Positions 1 to 10,044 of a stretch of 64,000 nucleotides of DNA are shown here, in pieces. The translations under genes and the position numbers were made by a program. Positions within the stretch are counted from its first letter, which is position 1. Each line of letters begins with the position of its first letter. The notes beneath the pieces were generated by a model that worked only from the letters and a program-made list of their open reading frames with translations, had not been told where the DNA came from and searched no databases. The DNA lies in contig OZ220741.1 of assembly GCA_965116885.1 (NCBI GenBank), forward strand, positions 832,001-896,000. The letters are read 5' to 3'. The stretch comes from Candidatus Latescibacterota bacterium. GTDB taxonomy: Bacteria; Latescibacterota; UBA2968.

Positions 1-1
1 A

Positions 2-1636
2 CAGATGTCGCCATCCGCGCTCGGGAATTGGCAAAGGAACAAAAGCCTCGCGGCGACGCGCAAGCTCTGCCTCATCGACCAGCAAATCAATGCGGCGCTC
101 TTTTGCATTCAACGCCACCATATCGCCATCGCGCACAAAAGCAAGCGGTCCCCCTGTCGCCGCCTCGGGAGAACAGTGCAACACCACCGTACCATAAGAC
201 GTCCCACTCATACGCGCATCGGAAATCCGCACCATATCTTTGACCCCTCTTTGCGCCAGATATTTGGGAATGGGAAGAGACCCCGCCTCTGGAAACCCAT
301 CCCCCACAGGACCGGCATTTCGCAAAATCATCACATGATCGGGCGTAATATTGAGAGACGGGTCATCAATCCGCGCAGATGCATCCTCAGCAGAATCAAA
401 AACAACCGCGGGACCCCGGTGCGCGAGCAATTCCGGAGACGCCGCAGCAACCTTCAGCACAGCCCCGTCCGGCGCCAGATTGCCGCGAACCACAATCAGC
501 GCGCCCGTAGCACCAAGAGGATCGTCCAGCGTGCGAATAGTACTTTGCCACGGTTGAGGAGGTTGAACCGTCTCCAAATAATCGCCCAGCGTCTGCCCCG
601 TAATCGTCGGCACAGAACAATCCAGCAAAGACGCCAGCGCCTTGAGCAACGCGGGAACACCGCCCGCATCGTGAAAATCCTCCATATAACCCACACCTGC
701 GGGCTTGCAATCCACCAGCAGTGGCACATGTTGCGACACATCGTGCATATCTTCCAGAGTCAGCCGAGTCCCCGCCCGCCGTGCAATAGCCAGAAGATGC
801 ACAATCGCATTCGTAGAACCACCCAGCGCGTGGAGCACTGCAAGCGCATTGAGAAAAGACCCCCGCGTGAGCAATTGCGCAGGACGCCGTTCTGCGCGAG
901 CTATCGCAACAGCCATGCGTCCAGACCGCACGCCCACGCGCAAGCGATCTCCCGTACCCGAAAGCGGAGTCGCCCCGCCAGAAACCATCAAACCCAGCGT
1001 CTCCACCACACTCGCCATCGTCGAAGCAGTCCCCATAACCATACACGTCCCCGGCGTACTGCAAAGCGACTGCGTCACACCTTCGATCTGCCAATCGCTC
1101 AGTTCCCCAGCACGATATTGCGCCCAATAGCGGCGACAATCTGTACACGCACCCAACCTCTCACCCTGCCACGAACCCGTTCGCATCGCACCAGACACCA
1201 CCTGAACAGCGGGAATATTAGCCGAAGCAGCCGCCATCAATTGCGCCGGCACAGTCTTATCGCACCCCCCCATCAGCACCACAGCATCCATAGGTTGCGC
1301 CCTGATCAGTTCCTCGGTCTCCATAGACAGCAAATTCCGAAAAAGCATCGTCGTAGGCGAAAAGAAAATTTCATTCAGCGAAATCGTGGGAAACACAAAC
1401 GGCAGGCCGCCGCCTTCGAAAACCCCGCGTTTGACCGCCTCGATCAAATCCGGCATATGCCCGTGGCAGGGGTTATAATCAGAAGCTGTCGATGCAATCC
1501 CAATAACGGGACGATCCACATCCTCACCATCATATCCCGCAGCCGCGAGAAACGCCCTGCGAATATACTTGCTAAATTCCGGATCGCCGTAGCTCGTCAA
1601 ATTCCGGTTAATACCGGTGTCTGTCGATTGGGTCAT
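2..1636 (-). CDS. Dihydroxy-acid dehydratase (IlvD/Edd family), 3' end runs off the window
   Basis: Not in the ORF track because there is no stop in the window. Manual minus-strand translation from ATG 1636 gives MTQSTDTGINRNLTSYGDPEFSKYIRRAFL..., with motifs NPCHGH, GGCDKT, GTCMVMGTASTM and GGSTNAIVHLLAIA. ATGA overlap with the upstream pgm stop. Confidence 0.9.
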   Translation of the reverse strand, partial: MTQSTDTGINRNLTSYGDPEFSKYIRRAFLAAAGYDGEDVDRPVIGIASTASDYNPCHGHMPDLIEAVKRGVFEGGGLPFVFPTISLNEIFFSPTTMLFRNLLSMETEELIRAQPMDAVVLMGGCDKTVPAQLMAAASANIPAVQVVSGAMRTGSWQGERLGACTDCRRYWAQYRAGELSDWQIEGVTQSLCSTPGTCMVMGTASTMASVVETLGLMVSGGATPLSGTGDRLRVGVRSGRMAVAIARAERRPAQLLTRGSFLNALAVLHALGGSTNAIVHLLAIARRAGTRLTLEDMHDVSQHVPLLVDCKPAGVGYMEDFHDAGGVPALLKALASLLDCSVPTITGQTLGDYLETVQPPQPWQSTIRTLDDPLGATGALIVVRGNLAPDGAVLKVAAASPELLAHRGPAVVFDSAEDASARIDDPSLNITPDHVMILRNAGPVGDGFPEAGSLPIPKYLAQRGVKDMVRISDARMSGTSYGTVVLHCSPEAATGGPLAFVRDGDMVALNAKERRIDLLVDEAELARRREAFVPLPIPERGWRHL

Positions 1637-3474
1637 GATGTCACCGCTTCCAGCGCGCACGCCGCTGAATCGAGCATCCCATTGACAATCTCCTCGGCGA
1701 ACTGATCGACATTTTCGCGCGTCTGCTCCAAATCATCCCCAGCCAGATCTGCGCGATCAGCCGAAGCCGCCGACACGTAATACTTGATCTTCGGTTCTGT
1801 GCCAGAAGGCCGAGCTGTTACCCGCGTGTACCCTTTCTCCGACAAAGTAAACGCGAGAACATTGCCTGTACTCCCCTCAATTGTGCGCGTATTCCCCGTC
1901 TGAACATTGTACACAGTATTCGTCTGGCGATCAATAACCTCAACCACCTTGTACCCGCCAATTGCAACAGGTGGATCCCGGCGCAGACCATTCATAATTT
2001 GGGCAATCTCCTCATTGCCCCGCGCGCCTTCTCGATACGTCGATCTCTGCACCTCGCAAAAATAACCGAACATGCGATAAATATCATCCAGATAATCCCG
2101 CAGCGTGCGACCTTGCCTCTTGAGTTTAGCCGCGCACTCCGCGATCAAAACCGCTGCAACAGCCGCATCCTTATCGCGCACAAAATCCGTAAACAAATAA
2201 CCGTGGCTCTCTTCCGTCCCAAACACAAAAGTCTCATCTTCTGCCAGACTATTGATCACATCGCCAATATATTTAAACCCAACGAGCAGATTGTCAACAG
2301 GCATCAAACCAAAATGCCTGGCAATAAGACTGATGAGATCTGTCGTAACAATCGTCTTACACACAATTCCCCTATTGGGCAATTTATCCTGCTCCCTGAG
2401 CGAAGTCAAAATATAATAACACAAAACAGCACCGATCTGATTGCCATTAATCGCGAGACCATCGGGAGCGGCATCCCAACCCTTCTGCGGATCGGGCAGC
2501 GCACACCCCAGACGATCGGCATCTGGATCGCTCGCCAGAACAACATCAGCCCGAACCTGTCTCGCCTCTTCAATAGCCAGAGCAAGCGCGCCCGGATCTT
2601 CGGGATTTGCCACACCCCTTGCCACCGTCGGAAAATTGCCATCCGGAACATCTTGCGCCTCCACCAGATGGAGAGAATACCCCAGATTCTGAAGCGCGGG
2701 CACAACACTCGTTGCACCAACGCCGTGTAGCGGCGTATATACAACACTTATATCGCGGGCATCGCAAAGGGAAAGATTCGCCAGACTTTTGACATATTGC
2801 GCGTCGAGCTTCTCATCGAGCACCTCAATCAGCCCCCGTTCCACCCCCTCCTCATAGCCAATTCTATTGAGGCTCTTAACACCACCAACCTCGGCAATAA
2901 TATTCTTATCGTGTGGCGGAACAACCTGCCCGCCATCTATCCAGTACGCCTTAAAACCATTATCCGAAGGCGGATTGTGACTCGCGCTAATAACCACCCC
3001 TGCAACAGCACCCACCTTGCGAAGCGCAAAAGAAAGATGAGGCGTTGCGCGAGGACCGTCAAACAGACGCGCAACAATACCATTGCCCGCAATAATCGAA
3101 GCCGTCTCCCGCGCAAAAACATCCGAATTATTGCGCGTATCATACGCGATCACCACACCCTTATCTCTAACATCTTCAATACCCGACTTGAGAATATACT
3201 GCGCCAAACCCTGTGCGGCTTCTCCAATCGTCCTCAAATTAATCCGATTGGGACCCGGCCCCATCTTGCCCCGAATACCCCCCGTACCAAACTCAATATG
3301 GGTGCGAAAAGCATCCTCAATCTCGTCCATATCTCCATCTTCAATAAACAATTGAATCTCCGGCACAAAATCGGCAAATTCCGGATCAATAAGCCATTGT
3401 GAAACGGCTCGAAATGCCGCGGCAGAAAGCCTGTTCTCCGCTGCCCAGTCTTTGATCTGCTGGTGTATCGTCAT
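1633..3474 (-). CDS. Phosphoglucomutase/phosphomannomutase (alpha-D-phosphohexomutase)
   Basis: FGTGGIRG, SASHNP (catalytic Ser), DPDADR metal loop, EESHG, RPSGTEPKIKYY. Confidence 0.95.
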   Translation of the reverse strand: MTIHQQIKDWAAENRLSAAAFRAVSQWLIDPEFADFVPEIQLFIEDGDMDEIEDAFRTHIEFGTGGIRGKMGPGPNRINLRTIGEAAQGLAQYILKSGIEDVRDKGVVIAYDTRNNSDVFARETASIIAGNGIVARLFDGPRATPHLSFALRKVGAVAGVVISASHNPPSDNGFKAYWIDGGQVVPPHDKNIIAEVGGVKSLNRIGYEEGVERGLIEVLDEKLDAQYVKSLANLSLCDARDISVVYTPLHGVGATSVVPALQNLGYSLHLVEAQDVPDGNFPTVARGVANPEDPGALALAIEEARQVRADVVLASDPDADRLGCALPDPQKGWDAAPDGLAINGNQIGAVLCYYILTSLREQDKLPNRGIVCKTIVTTDLISLIARHFGLMPVDNLLVGFKYIGDVINSLAEDETFVFGTEESHGYLFTDFVRDKDAAVAAVLIAECAAKLKRQGRTLRDYLDDIYRMFGYFCEVQRSTYREGARGNEEIAQIMNGLRRDPPVAIGGYKVVEVIDRQTNTVYNVQTGNTRTIEGSTGNVLAFTLSEKGYTRVTARPSGTEPKIKYYVSAASADRADLAGDDLEQTRENVDQFAEEIVNGMLDSAACALEAVTS

Positions 3475-3599
3475 AAATACTCCTGTCCATCGCGTTTACA
3501 TAACTATCTATTGCCAAATATTGCAATCTACACGCCACTGTGTCAAGTGCATAGGCAAAACTACTTGACTTTAACCCTCATTTATGCCCTATTTTGAAA

Positions 3600-4373
3600 A
3601 TGCTCACAACAATCCTCATCGCCATTGGCCTTGTGCTGGGTATTCCCCTGGCTATTATAGCACTTTTCTTATGCCTGCCAATCCGCATACGTGCAACGGG
3701 ATACTACCGCGAAAACGACTATAGTATATCCGGTTTTGCGCGCGGTTGTGCCGGGCTATGTGGTATTATCTGCGACATCGACAAAAAGGGGATACAACTA
3801 CGCGTCGTTATCGGACGCTGGACCGCGTGGCGACCCCGAGAAAAACCGCCATCATCAGAGCCGACAACAGAATCCGAAAGAGATACCGCCACTGAACCAC
3901 AACGGGACAGACCAGAATCATATCCGACAACAAAACCCTCCTATTGGTCGCGTTTGCAAACCCTGCGCGCAAAAACAAAACAATACCTGAACTACGCCGC
4001 GGATGCGCGTCCTATTCTGACGCGATTTATGAAACGGTTGCTGAAAACAATATCACTTCAACACGCGGAATTGAATCTGGAGTTAGGAACAGACGATCCC
4101 GCCTTCACCGGACGTCTATTTGGATATATCGAAGCGACCAAATGCATCTTTGGCAAACGCATCCACATCTCAATCACCCCTGATTTTTTGCAACCGCGCT
4201 TTGCCGGATCGGGATCCTTGAAACTCTCCATTTATCTTCACCGTTTGATATTCGCCGCACTCGCCCTGATCCTGCGCGGCGGACTCATGCGCGCAAAAAT
4301 CTGGTGGACAAAACGCAAAAACAGGCGCAAAGCAGGGACGGCACAGGGGCCGTCCCCTACGATGATATTGTGA
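3600..4373 (+). CDS. DUF2953/YtfI-like membrane-anchored protein
   Basis: N-terminal TM helix and a GTDDPAFTG motif; lies directly upstream of a YtfJ-like gene. Start is ATG 3600 or TTG 3594. Confidence 0.6.
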   Translation: MLTTILIAIGLVLGIPLAIIALFLCLPIRIRATGYYRENDYSISGFARGCAGLCGIICDIDKKGIQLRVVIGRWTAWRPREKPPSSEPTTESERDTATEPQRDRPESYPTTKPSYWSRLQTLRAKTKQYLNYAADARPILTRFMKRLLKTISLQHAELNLELGTDDPAFTGRLFGYIEATKCIFGKRIHISITPDFLQPRFAGSGSLKLSIYLHRLIFAALALILRGGLMRAKIWWTKRKNRRKAGTAQGPSPTMIL

Positions 4374-4441
4374 TTTTTGTAGGGGCGACCCCCCTGTGGT
4401 CGCCCGCTGACTGCTGGGACGGCACAGGGGCCGTCCCCTAC
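4335..4441. repeat. GTAG-type REP cluster (3 units: 4335-4360, 4379-4405, 4416-4441)
   Basis: GGGACGGCACAGGGGCCGTCCCCTAC twice and GTAGGGGCGACCCCCCTGTGGTCGCCC; hairpins with a GTAG foot that recur elsewhere in the window. Confidence 0.9.
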
Positions 4442-4477
4442 GGCTAATTATCGCGACTTTATTTATTGGGAGGAAAC

Positions 4478-4867
4478 ATGGCCATCGAAGACATGGTGCG
4501 AACGATGTTAAATGAACTGCGTGAAATCGTAAAAACCGAAACCGTAGTAGGCGAGCCTGTAATTGCGGGCGACATCACCATCATCCCCGTATCCAAAATA
4601 TCCTTTGGATTTGGTGCAGGAGGAGGACAGGGAAAAAAAGACGACGGAAGCAGTGGCACGGGTGGAGGCGGCTCTGTGCAACCCGTGGCATTCATCGTCA
4701 TACAAAAAGGCAAAGCACAGCTTCTGCCCATAGAAGACAAAAGCATGTCCATCGCCGACCTGCTCAAATACGCGCCCGATGTACTTGAAAAAATTAAAGC
4801 ATTTAAGGACAAGCGAAAACAGAAGAAAGATGACGAGGAAGCCGACAGCGAAAAAGAAAAAAAATAA
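4478..4867 (+). CDS. GerW/YtfJ family protein
   Basis: TETVVGEP...IIPVSKISFGFGAGGG...GGGGSVQPVAFIVI signature; GGAGG RBS before ATG 4478. Confidence 0.85.
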   Translation: MAIEDMVRTMLNELREIVKTETVVGEPVIAGDITIIPVSKISFGFGAGGGQGKKDDGSSGTGGGGSVQPVAFIVIQKGKAQLLPIEDKSMSIADLLKYAPDVLEKIKAFKDKRKQKKDDEEADSEKEKK

Positions 4868-4873
4868 AATAAT

Positions 4874-6967
4874 ATGCTCTCAAACTTAAACCAACCCTTG
4901 CGAACTCTGCCGGGTATTGGGCTAAAACGCGAAAAAGTATTGGAAAACGCAGGCATCGCCACCGTGGGCGATCTCCTATTGTATTTGCCCTATCGGTACA
5001 TAGATCGCTCTACCGAAGTCGGCATCGCACACCTGCCGCTGGATCGAGAAGTCACCGCAGTAGGCGAAATCGTGAGCATGCAGACAATCCCCGGCAAGCG
5101 TCGGCGATTCGTCATGACAGTCGAAGACCAGACCGGATCGGTCGCCTGTACGTGGTTCGGAGGCATTCAATACCTCAAAAATTCATATCGCGCGGGCGAC
5201 ATCGTAGCACTCGGAGGCAAATTGACGCGGTTTGGGCGCACATTGCAAATGGTACACCCCGAAATAGAAGTTCTCGCAAACGAAGACGACGACAATCAGC
5301 GGCTGCATACCGGACGCATCATCCCGCTGTATTCCACCACATCAAAAATGAAAGCAGACCGCCTCACAGCCCGCGCACTTCGCCGTCTCTTATTCGCCGC
5401 GCTACAAGCTATTGGAGATCAAATCGAAGACCCATTGGACGAAAACATACGCAAACGCTGTGGCCTGATGCGCCTGCGAGACGCAATTGAAAAAATCCAT
5501 TTCCCAGACACAACAACGGACATAGACACTGCGCGGCAGCGCCTATCTTTCGACGAGATCTTCTACATCCAGCTCTATCTGGGACACGCAAAAAAGCTGC
5601 GCCAGCGCACACCCGGACGCGTACTGGCATCCAGTGGCCCCCTGACGCAACAACTCGTGGCGAATCTACCCTTCAAACTAACGCATGCACAAACGCACGC
5701 TATAGCAGAAATCGGCCATGACCTGCAGCGACCCGTAGCCATGCACCGCCTGTTACAGGGCGACGTGGGATCTGGCAAAACCCTGGTCGCCCTTCACGCC
5801 ATGTTGTGTGCCGCAGACAGCGGCGCGCAAGCCGCCTTAATGGCACCCACAGAGATCCTCGCCGAGCAGCACGCCCATACCATTCGAGAACTCGTCGCCC
5901 CACTGGGCTTAGAAATAGCATTGGTAACAGGACGCATGCGAAAAGCGCAACGCACCAAAATACTGGACGGATTGCATTCTGGAAAAATAAAAATAGCAGT
6001 CGGCACACATGCCCTATTGCAAAACGACATCGCATTTGCCGACCTCGCACTCATCGTCGTCGATGAGCAACATCGCTTTGGCGTGGTCCAGCGCGCCATG
6101 CTGCGCGAAAAAGGCAACGCGCCCCATCTTCTGGTCATGACCGCCACCCCCATACCCAGATCCCTATCGCTGACCCTGTACGGCGACCTGGATGTCACCA
6201 TCATCGACGCCCTGCCGCCTGGTCGCATCCCTGTACGCACGGGATGGCGTTATGCACAGGACCGCGCTCGCGCACTGCAATTTCTGCGCAGCGAACTGCA
6301 ACAAGGACATCAGGCATATATCGTCTATCCACTCGTCTCCGAATCCGAAAAAAGCGACCTGCAAGCCGCCACCGCCGCCTTTGAAGACCTGCAAAAAGGC
6401 GCACTCTCCAACTCCCGGTTGGGCTTGCTTCACGGACGGCTAAAACGCGACGAAAAAGAAACCACAATGTCTGCCTTCAGGCGCGGCGATCTGGATGCGC
6501 TGGTCACGACAACAGTCATAGAAGTCGGCGTCGATGTTCCCAATGCCACAGTCATGATGGTCGAACACGCCGAGCGCTTTGGACTATCGCAATTGCACCA
6601 ATTGCGCGGGCGCGTGGGCCGCGGTCAACATCAATCCTACTGTATTTTAATCGCAGACCCCCAGGAAGGGCTATCGGATGACGCACATGAACGCCTCGAC
6701 GCCATGGCGCGAACAACGGACGGATTCGAAATCTCAGAAGCCGACTTGTGCATCCGGGGACCCGGACATATTTTTGGCACCCAACAAGCCGGCTTCCCCA
6801 AATTCCACTTTGCCGACCTCGTACGCGACGGCGCCTTAATCACCGCCGCGCGTAGAGAAGTACAGACACTCCTGGACCACGACCCTAATTTGACCGCGCA
6901 CACTGTTTTGAGACGAGAATTGGACGCAACCGCACTTCACGACATGCAAATTGTGGAAGCGGGGTGA
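4874..6967 (+). CDS. recG: ATP-dependent DNA helicase RecG
   Basis: Wedge/OB N-terminus, LLQGDVGSGKT, DEQHRFG, MTATPIPRSL, QLHQLRGRVGRG, RGPG. Confidence 0.98.
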   Translation: MLSNLNQPLRTLPGIGLKREKVLENAGIATVGDLLLYLPYRYIDRSTEVGIAHLPLDREVTAVGEIVSMQTIPGKRRRFVMTVEDQTGSVACTWFGGIQYLKNSYRAGDIVALGGKLTRFGRTLQMVHPEIEVLANEDDDNQRLHTGRIIPLYSTTSKMKADRLTARALRRLLFAALQAIGDQIEDPLDENIRKRCGLMRLRDAIEKIHFPDTTTDIDTARQRLSFDEIFYIQLYLGHAKKLRQRTPGRVLASSGPLTQQLVANLPFKLTHAQTHAIAEIGHDLQRPVAMHRLLQGDVGSGKTLVALHAMLCAADSGAQAALMAPTEILAEQHAHTIRELVAPLGLEIALVTGRMRKAQRTKILDGLHSGKIKIAVGTHALLQNDIAFADLALIVVDEQHRFGVVQRAMLREKGNAPHLLVMTATPIPRSLSLTLYGDLDVTIIDALPPGRIPVRTGWRYAQDRARALQFLRSELQQGHQAYIVYPLVSESEKSDLQAATAAFEDLQKGALSNSRLGLLHGRLKRDEKETTMSAFRRGDLDALVTTTVIEVGVDVPNATVMMVEHAERFGLSQLHQLRGRVGRGQHQSYCILIADPQEGLSDDAHERLDAMARTTDGFEISEADLCIRGPGHIFGTQQAGFPKFHFADLVRDGALITAARREVQTLLDHDPNLTAHTVLRRELDATALHDMQIVEAG

Positions 6968-6973
6968 CTGACC

Positions 6974-7045
6974 GGGACGGCACAGGGGCCGTCCCCTACG
7001 GAGGATTGTTACATGTGTTGTAGGGGCGACCCCCTGTGGTCGCCC
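6974..7045. repeat. REPIN-like pair of inverted GTAG REPs (6974-6999, 7020-7045)
   Basis: Same two units as at 4335-4405, separated by a 20-nt spacer. Confidence 0.9.
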
Positions 7046-7060
7046 GCTGACCGCTAATAG

Positions 7061-7089
7061 TTGACACCCCTATTGTATTATGGTAGATT
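7061..7089 (+). promoter_or_regulatory. Sigma70-type promoter for the pfkB-hflKC run
   Basis: TTGACA (7061-7066), 17-nt spacer, TAGATT (7084-7089) with an extended TG; ~50 nt upstream of ATG 7141. Confidence 0.7.
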
Positions 7090-7140
7090 GATTTGGTTTC
7101 ATCTGCGGATGATCTTTTTCACCATTACCGGAACTGACTG

Positions 7141-8151
7141 ATGAATCATAAGCTGCGCATTGCGTTGCTTGGCACGATTAACCGCGACACGATTTACACC
7201 GCCGATGGCGTGACAACCGAAAGCTACGGCGGTTTGTTGTACAGCATCCTGGCACTGGCCGAGATCGCGTCTTCTCAAGTGGCGATTTATCCCGTCTGCA
7301 ATATAGGCGCAGACATGGAAACCGTGGTGCGAAAAAAACTCGCGCCATACCCACACGTCAAATTCGACGGCATCCGATTTGTATCGGGCAAAAATCCCCA
7401 CTGCTTTTTGGATTACGACGCAAACGGACGCAAACGCGAAACCCTGCACAATGACGTCCCGCAAATCTCTTTTTCACAAATTGAACCGTTCTTAGACTGC
7501 GACGCGATATGCTTTAATTTCATCACCGGAATGGAACTCGCCCTCGAAACCGCACAGCGCGTGCGTCGTTTCGCCACCGGTTTGCTATTGATGGATGTCC
7601 ACAGCTTAACCCTGGGCATGGATGAACAACGCCGCCGATTCTGGCGCGTGCCTCCGCAGTGGAAAAAATGGATGGGATGCGTAGATGTCGTACAAATGAA
7701 TGAGCAAGAAGGCGCTCTGCTCGCTGGCGAAACACTCGAGAGCAAAGATGCAACACGTCGTTTGGCAAAACAAGTATTGTGCGCGGGACCTTCGGTCTTG
7801 ATGATCACGCGCAGCAATCGCGGTTCTGAGACAATTTTTCAAAATGACCGCTCAGATATTGTAATCGACAAATTCGATCCCGCGCCCATAGCCGAACCCT
7901 GCGATGAAACCGGATGTGGCGACACCTTTTTAATGGGATATACCTGGGCCTTCTTGCAAACGGGCAATCGCGCATTTGCCAGTCGTTTTGCCAATCGGGT
8001 GGCGGGTATCAACGTGTGTTTGCGCGGCATTGAAGGCATAGCAAAAATAAGCCAATTCTTAAACCCCGAAGACCTGCCCGTGCAGGACACTCAGACAGGT
8101 CAACCTGCCGTATTAAACGGCATTCTCCCCGGTCCTGAAAGGAGGGCCTGA
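7141..8151 (+). CDS. PfkB/ribokinase-family carbohydrate kinase
   Basis: N-terminal G..N.D / YGG, QMNEQE, C-terminal DETGCGDTF anion-hole motif. Confidence 0.85.
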   Translation: MNHKLRIALLGTINRDTIYTADGVTTESYGGLLYSILALAEIASSQVAIYPVCNIGADMETVVRKKLAPYPHVKFDGIRFVSGKNPHCFLDYDANGRKRETLHNDVPQISFSQIEPFLDCDAICFNFITGMELALETAQRVRRFATGLLLMDVHSLTLGMDEQRRRFWRVPPQWKKWMGCVDVVQMNEQEGALLAGETLESKDATRRLAKQVLCAGPSVLMITRSNRGSETIFQNDRSDIVIDKFDPAPIAEPCDETGCGDTFLMGYTWAFLQTGNRAFASRFANRVAGINVCLRGIEGIAKISQFLNPEDLPVQDTQTGQPAVLNGILPGPERRA

Positions 8152-9125
8152 TGCAAGAATATCAATTTCCAAACCGTCCAAATTTCGACTTGCAATTCAA
8201 CCCCAAGTTCATCTATTACGGGTTAATTGTACTGGCATTGCTCTGGTTGGCCAGTGGCATCTATACAGTGCGGCAAGATGAGCAAGCAGTCGTATTTCGA
8301 TTCGGACAAGCGGTGCGCCTGGAAGATCCTGGCATCCACTACCACTGGCCCACACCCATCGAGCGCGTTGAAAAAGAGCGCGTATCAGAGGTAAAACGCC
8401 TCGAAGTCGGCTTTCGCACCATCAGCGTAACGCCCACGCCGAGATACCAGAAAGTCTCAGCCGAATCCGCCATGTTGACCGGCGACGAGAATATCGTCGA
8501 TGTAGAATTGATCGTTCAGTATCGCATCCGCGATTTGGAGAACTACTTGTTCCAGGTCAATGACCAGCGAAAAGCCATCAAAGACGTGACCGAGGCCGCA
8601 TTGCGTCAGGTCGTTGGGCAGCGCACCATCGATGAGGCTCTCACAGAAGGCAAGCTGGAAATACAGGAAGAGATACTGAAACAGGTTCAAGAAGTCCTGG
8701 ACCTCTACAAAATCGGCGTGCGCGTCGATCAGGCCAAATTGCAAACCGTATCTGTACCCCAGGAAGTCGATCACGCATTTAAGGACGTCGCCAACGCGCG
8801 AGAAGACAAAGAACGTCTCCGCAACGAAGCCGAAGCCTATCGCAACGACATCATCCCAAAAACGCGCGGTGAAGCCGAAAGAATGATCCGAGAAGCCGAA
8901 GCCTATAAAGTGGAGCGCGTCAAGCGCTCACAGGGCGATGCAGACCGCTTCGTCGAGGTACTCAAAGAATATCGCACCGCAAAAGACGTGACCGAAACGC
9001 GAATGTACCTCGAAACAATGGAAAAAATTCTGCCCGGCATACAAAAATACGTCGTCGAATCCGATGGCAAGGGCGGTATCCTCAACGTTCTCAACCTGCA
9101 AAAGCCATTAGGAGGAGGAAATTGA
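8151..9125 (+). CDS. hflK: FtsH protease modulator HflK
   Basis: TM plus SPFH domain, MLTGDENIV, VTETRMYLETMEKIL. Confidence 0.95.
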   Translation: MQEYQFPNRPNFDLQFNPKFIYYGLIVLALLWLASGIYTVRQDEQAVVFRFGQAVRLEDPGIHYHWPTPIERVEKERVSEVKRLEVGFRTISVTPTPRYQKVSAESAMLTGDENIVDVELIVQYRIRDLENYLFQVNDQRKAIKDVTEAALRQVVGQRTIDEALTEGKLEIQEEILKQVQEVLDLYKIGVRVDQAKLQTVSVPQEVDHAFKDVANAREDKERLRNEAEAYRNDIIPKTRGEAERMIREAEAYKVERVKRSQGDADRFVEVLKEYRTAKDVTETRMYLETMEKILPGIQKYVVESDGKGGILNVLNLQKPLGGGN

Positions 9126-9126
9126 C

Positions 9127-9987
9127 ATGCGCAACCTCGTAACCCTGGTGGTCATTGTGATAGCAGCCACCATTTTATTGCAATCATCGTGTTATCTCGT
9201 GGATGAACGCGAACAGGTCGTCGTCACAGAATTTGGGCAACCCGTACGCACTGTACAGTCTCCGGGCCTGCATTTTAAGATCCCATTTATCCAGCAATTG
9301 CATACCTTCGAAGATCGCCTGCTGTACAGCGATGCCGATCCCAGACAAATTTACACACAGGACAAGAAAAATCTCATCGTCGATAATTTCGCCCGCTGGC
9401 GCATCACAGACCCACTCAAGTTTCTGGTATCTGTGCAAAATGTCTCTTACGCACAATCGCGCCTGGACGACATCATTTTTTCAGCAGTGCGCGAAGAACT
9501 CGGCCAACGCACGCTGGTCGAGATCGTAGCTACGCACCGCGAGGAAATCATGAAAAAAGTGACAGAGCGCTCCCACGAGGCAGCACTCGGACTCGGCATT
9601 GATATTGTCGATGTGCGGATCAAGCGCGCAGATTTGCCGCGGGAAAACAAAAACAACGTATTTGAACGCATGCGCGCCGAACGCGCGCGACAGGCCGCAG
9701 AGTACCGCGCCGAGGGCGAAGAAGCGGCCCTGAAAATCCGCGCGGAAACCGACCTTGAAGTCACGCGCCTCACATCCGAAGCCCTGCAAAAATCGCAGTT
9801 GATCCGCGGCGAGGGCGATGCCGAAGCATTGCGTATCTATGCCGATGCCTTTGAACAAGACCCTCGTTTTTTTCAATTCTGGCGCACCCTCGAAGCCTAT
9901 GAAAAAACCCTGGGTGAAGGAACCACCGTCGTGATGCCACCCACCAGCGATTTCTTCAAGTACCTGACCAAAAAGCGTCCGCGGTAG
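9127..9987 (+). CDS. hflC: FtsH protease modulator HflC
   Basis: PGLHFKIPF, DVRIKRADLP, RMRAER, FWRTLEAYEK; follows hflK. Confidence 0.95.
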   Translation: MRNLVTLVVIVIAATILLQSSCYLVDEREQVVVTEFGQPVRTVQSPGLHFKIPFIQQLHTFEDRLLYSDADPRQIYTQDKKNLIVDNFARWRITDPLKFLVSVQNVSYAQSRLDDIIFSAVREELGQRTLVEIVATHREEIMKKVTERSHEAALGLGIDIVDVRIKRADLPRENKNNVFERMRAERARQAAEYRAEGEEAALKIRAETDLEVTRLTSEALQKSQLIRGEGDAEALRIYADAFEQDPRFFQFWRTLEAYEKTLGEGTTVVMPPTSDFFKYLTKKRPR

Positions 9988-9995
9988 AAATGGAC

Positions 9996-10026
9996 CGTAG
10001 GTGCGGGTCTAAAACCCGCACCTACG
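9996..10026. repeat. GTAG-footed palindrome (REP variant or hairpin)
   Basis: CGTAGGTGCGGGT-ctaaa-ACCCGCACCTACG, a perfect 13-bp inverted repeat. Confidence 0.7.
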
Positions 10027-10044
10027 CCTCAACGAGGCAATCCC

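Noticed and set aside
5..1705. 566-aa plus-strand ORF
   Set aside because: Arg/His-rich antisense shadow of the minus-strand IlvD-family gene
4335..4441. Repeat-spacer-repeat pattern as a mini CRISPR array
   Set aside because: Units alternate orientation and type, spacers are only 10-20 nt, copies are dispersed, and there are no cas genes; this fits REPs
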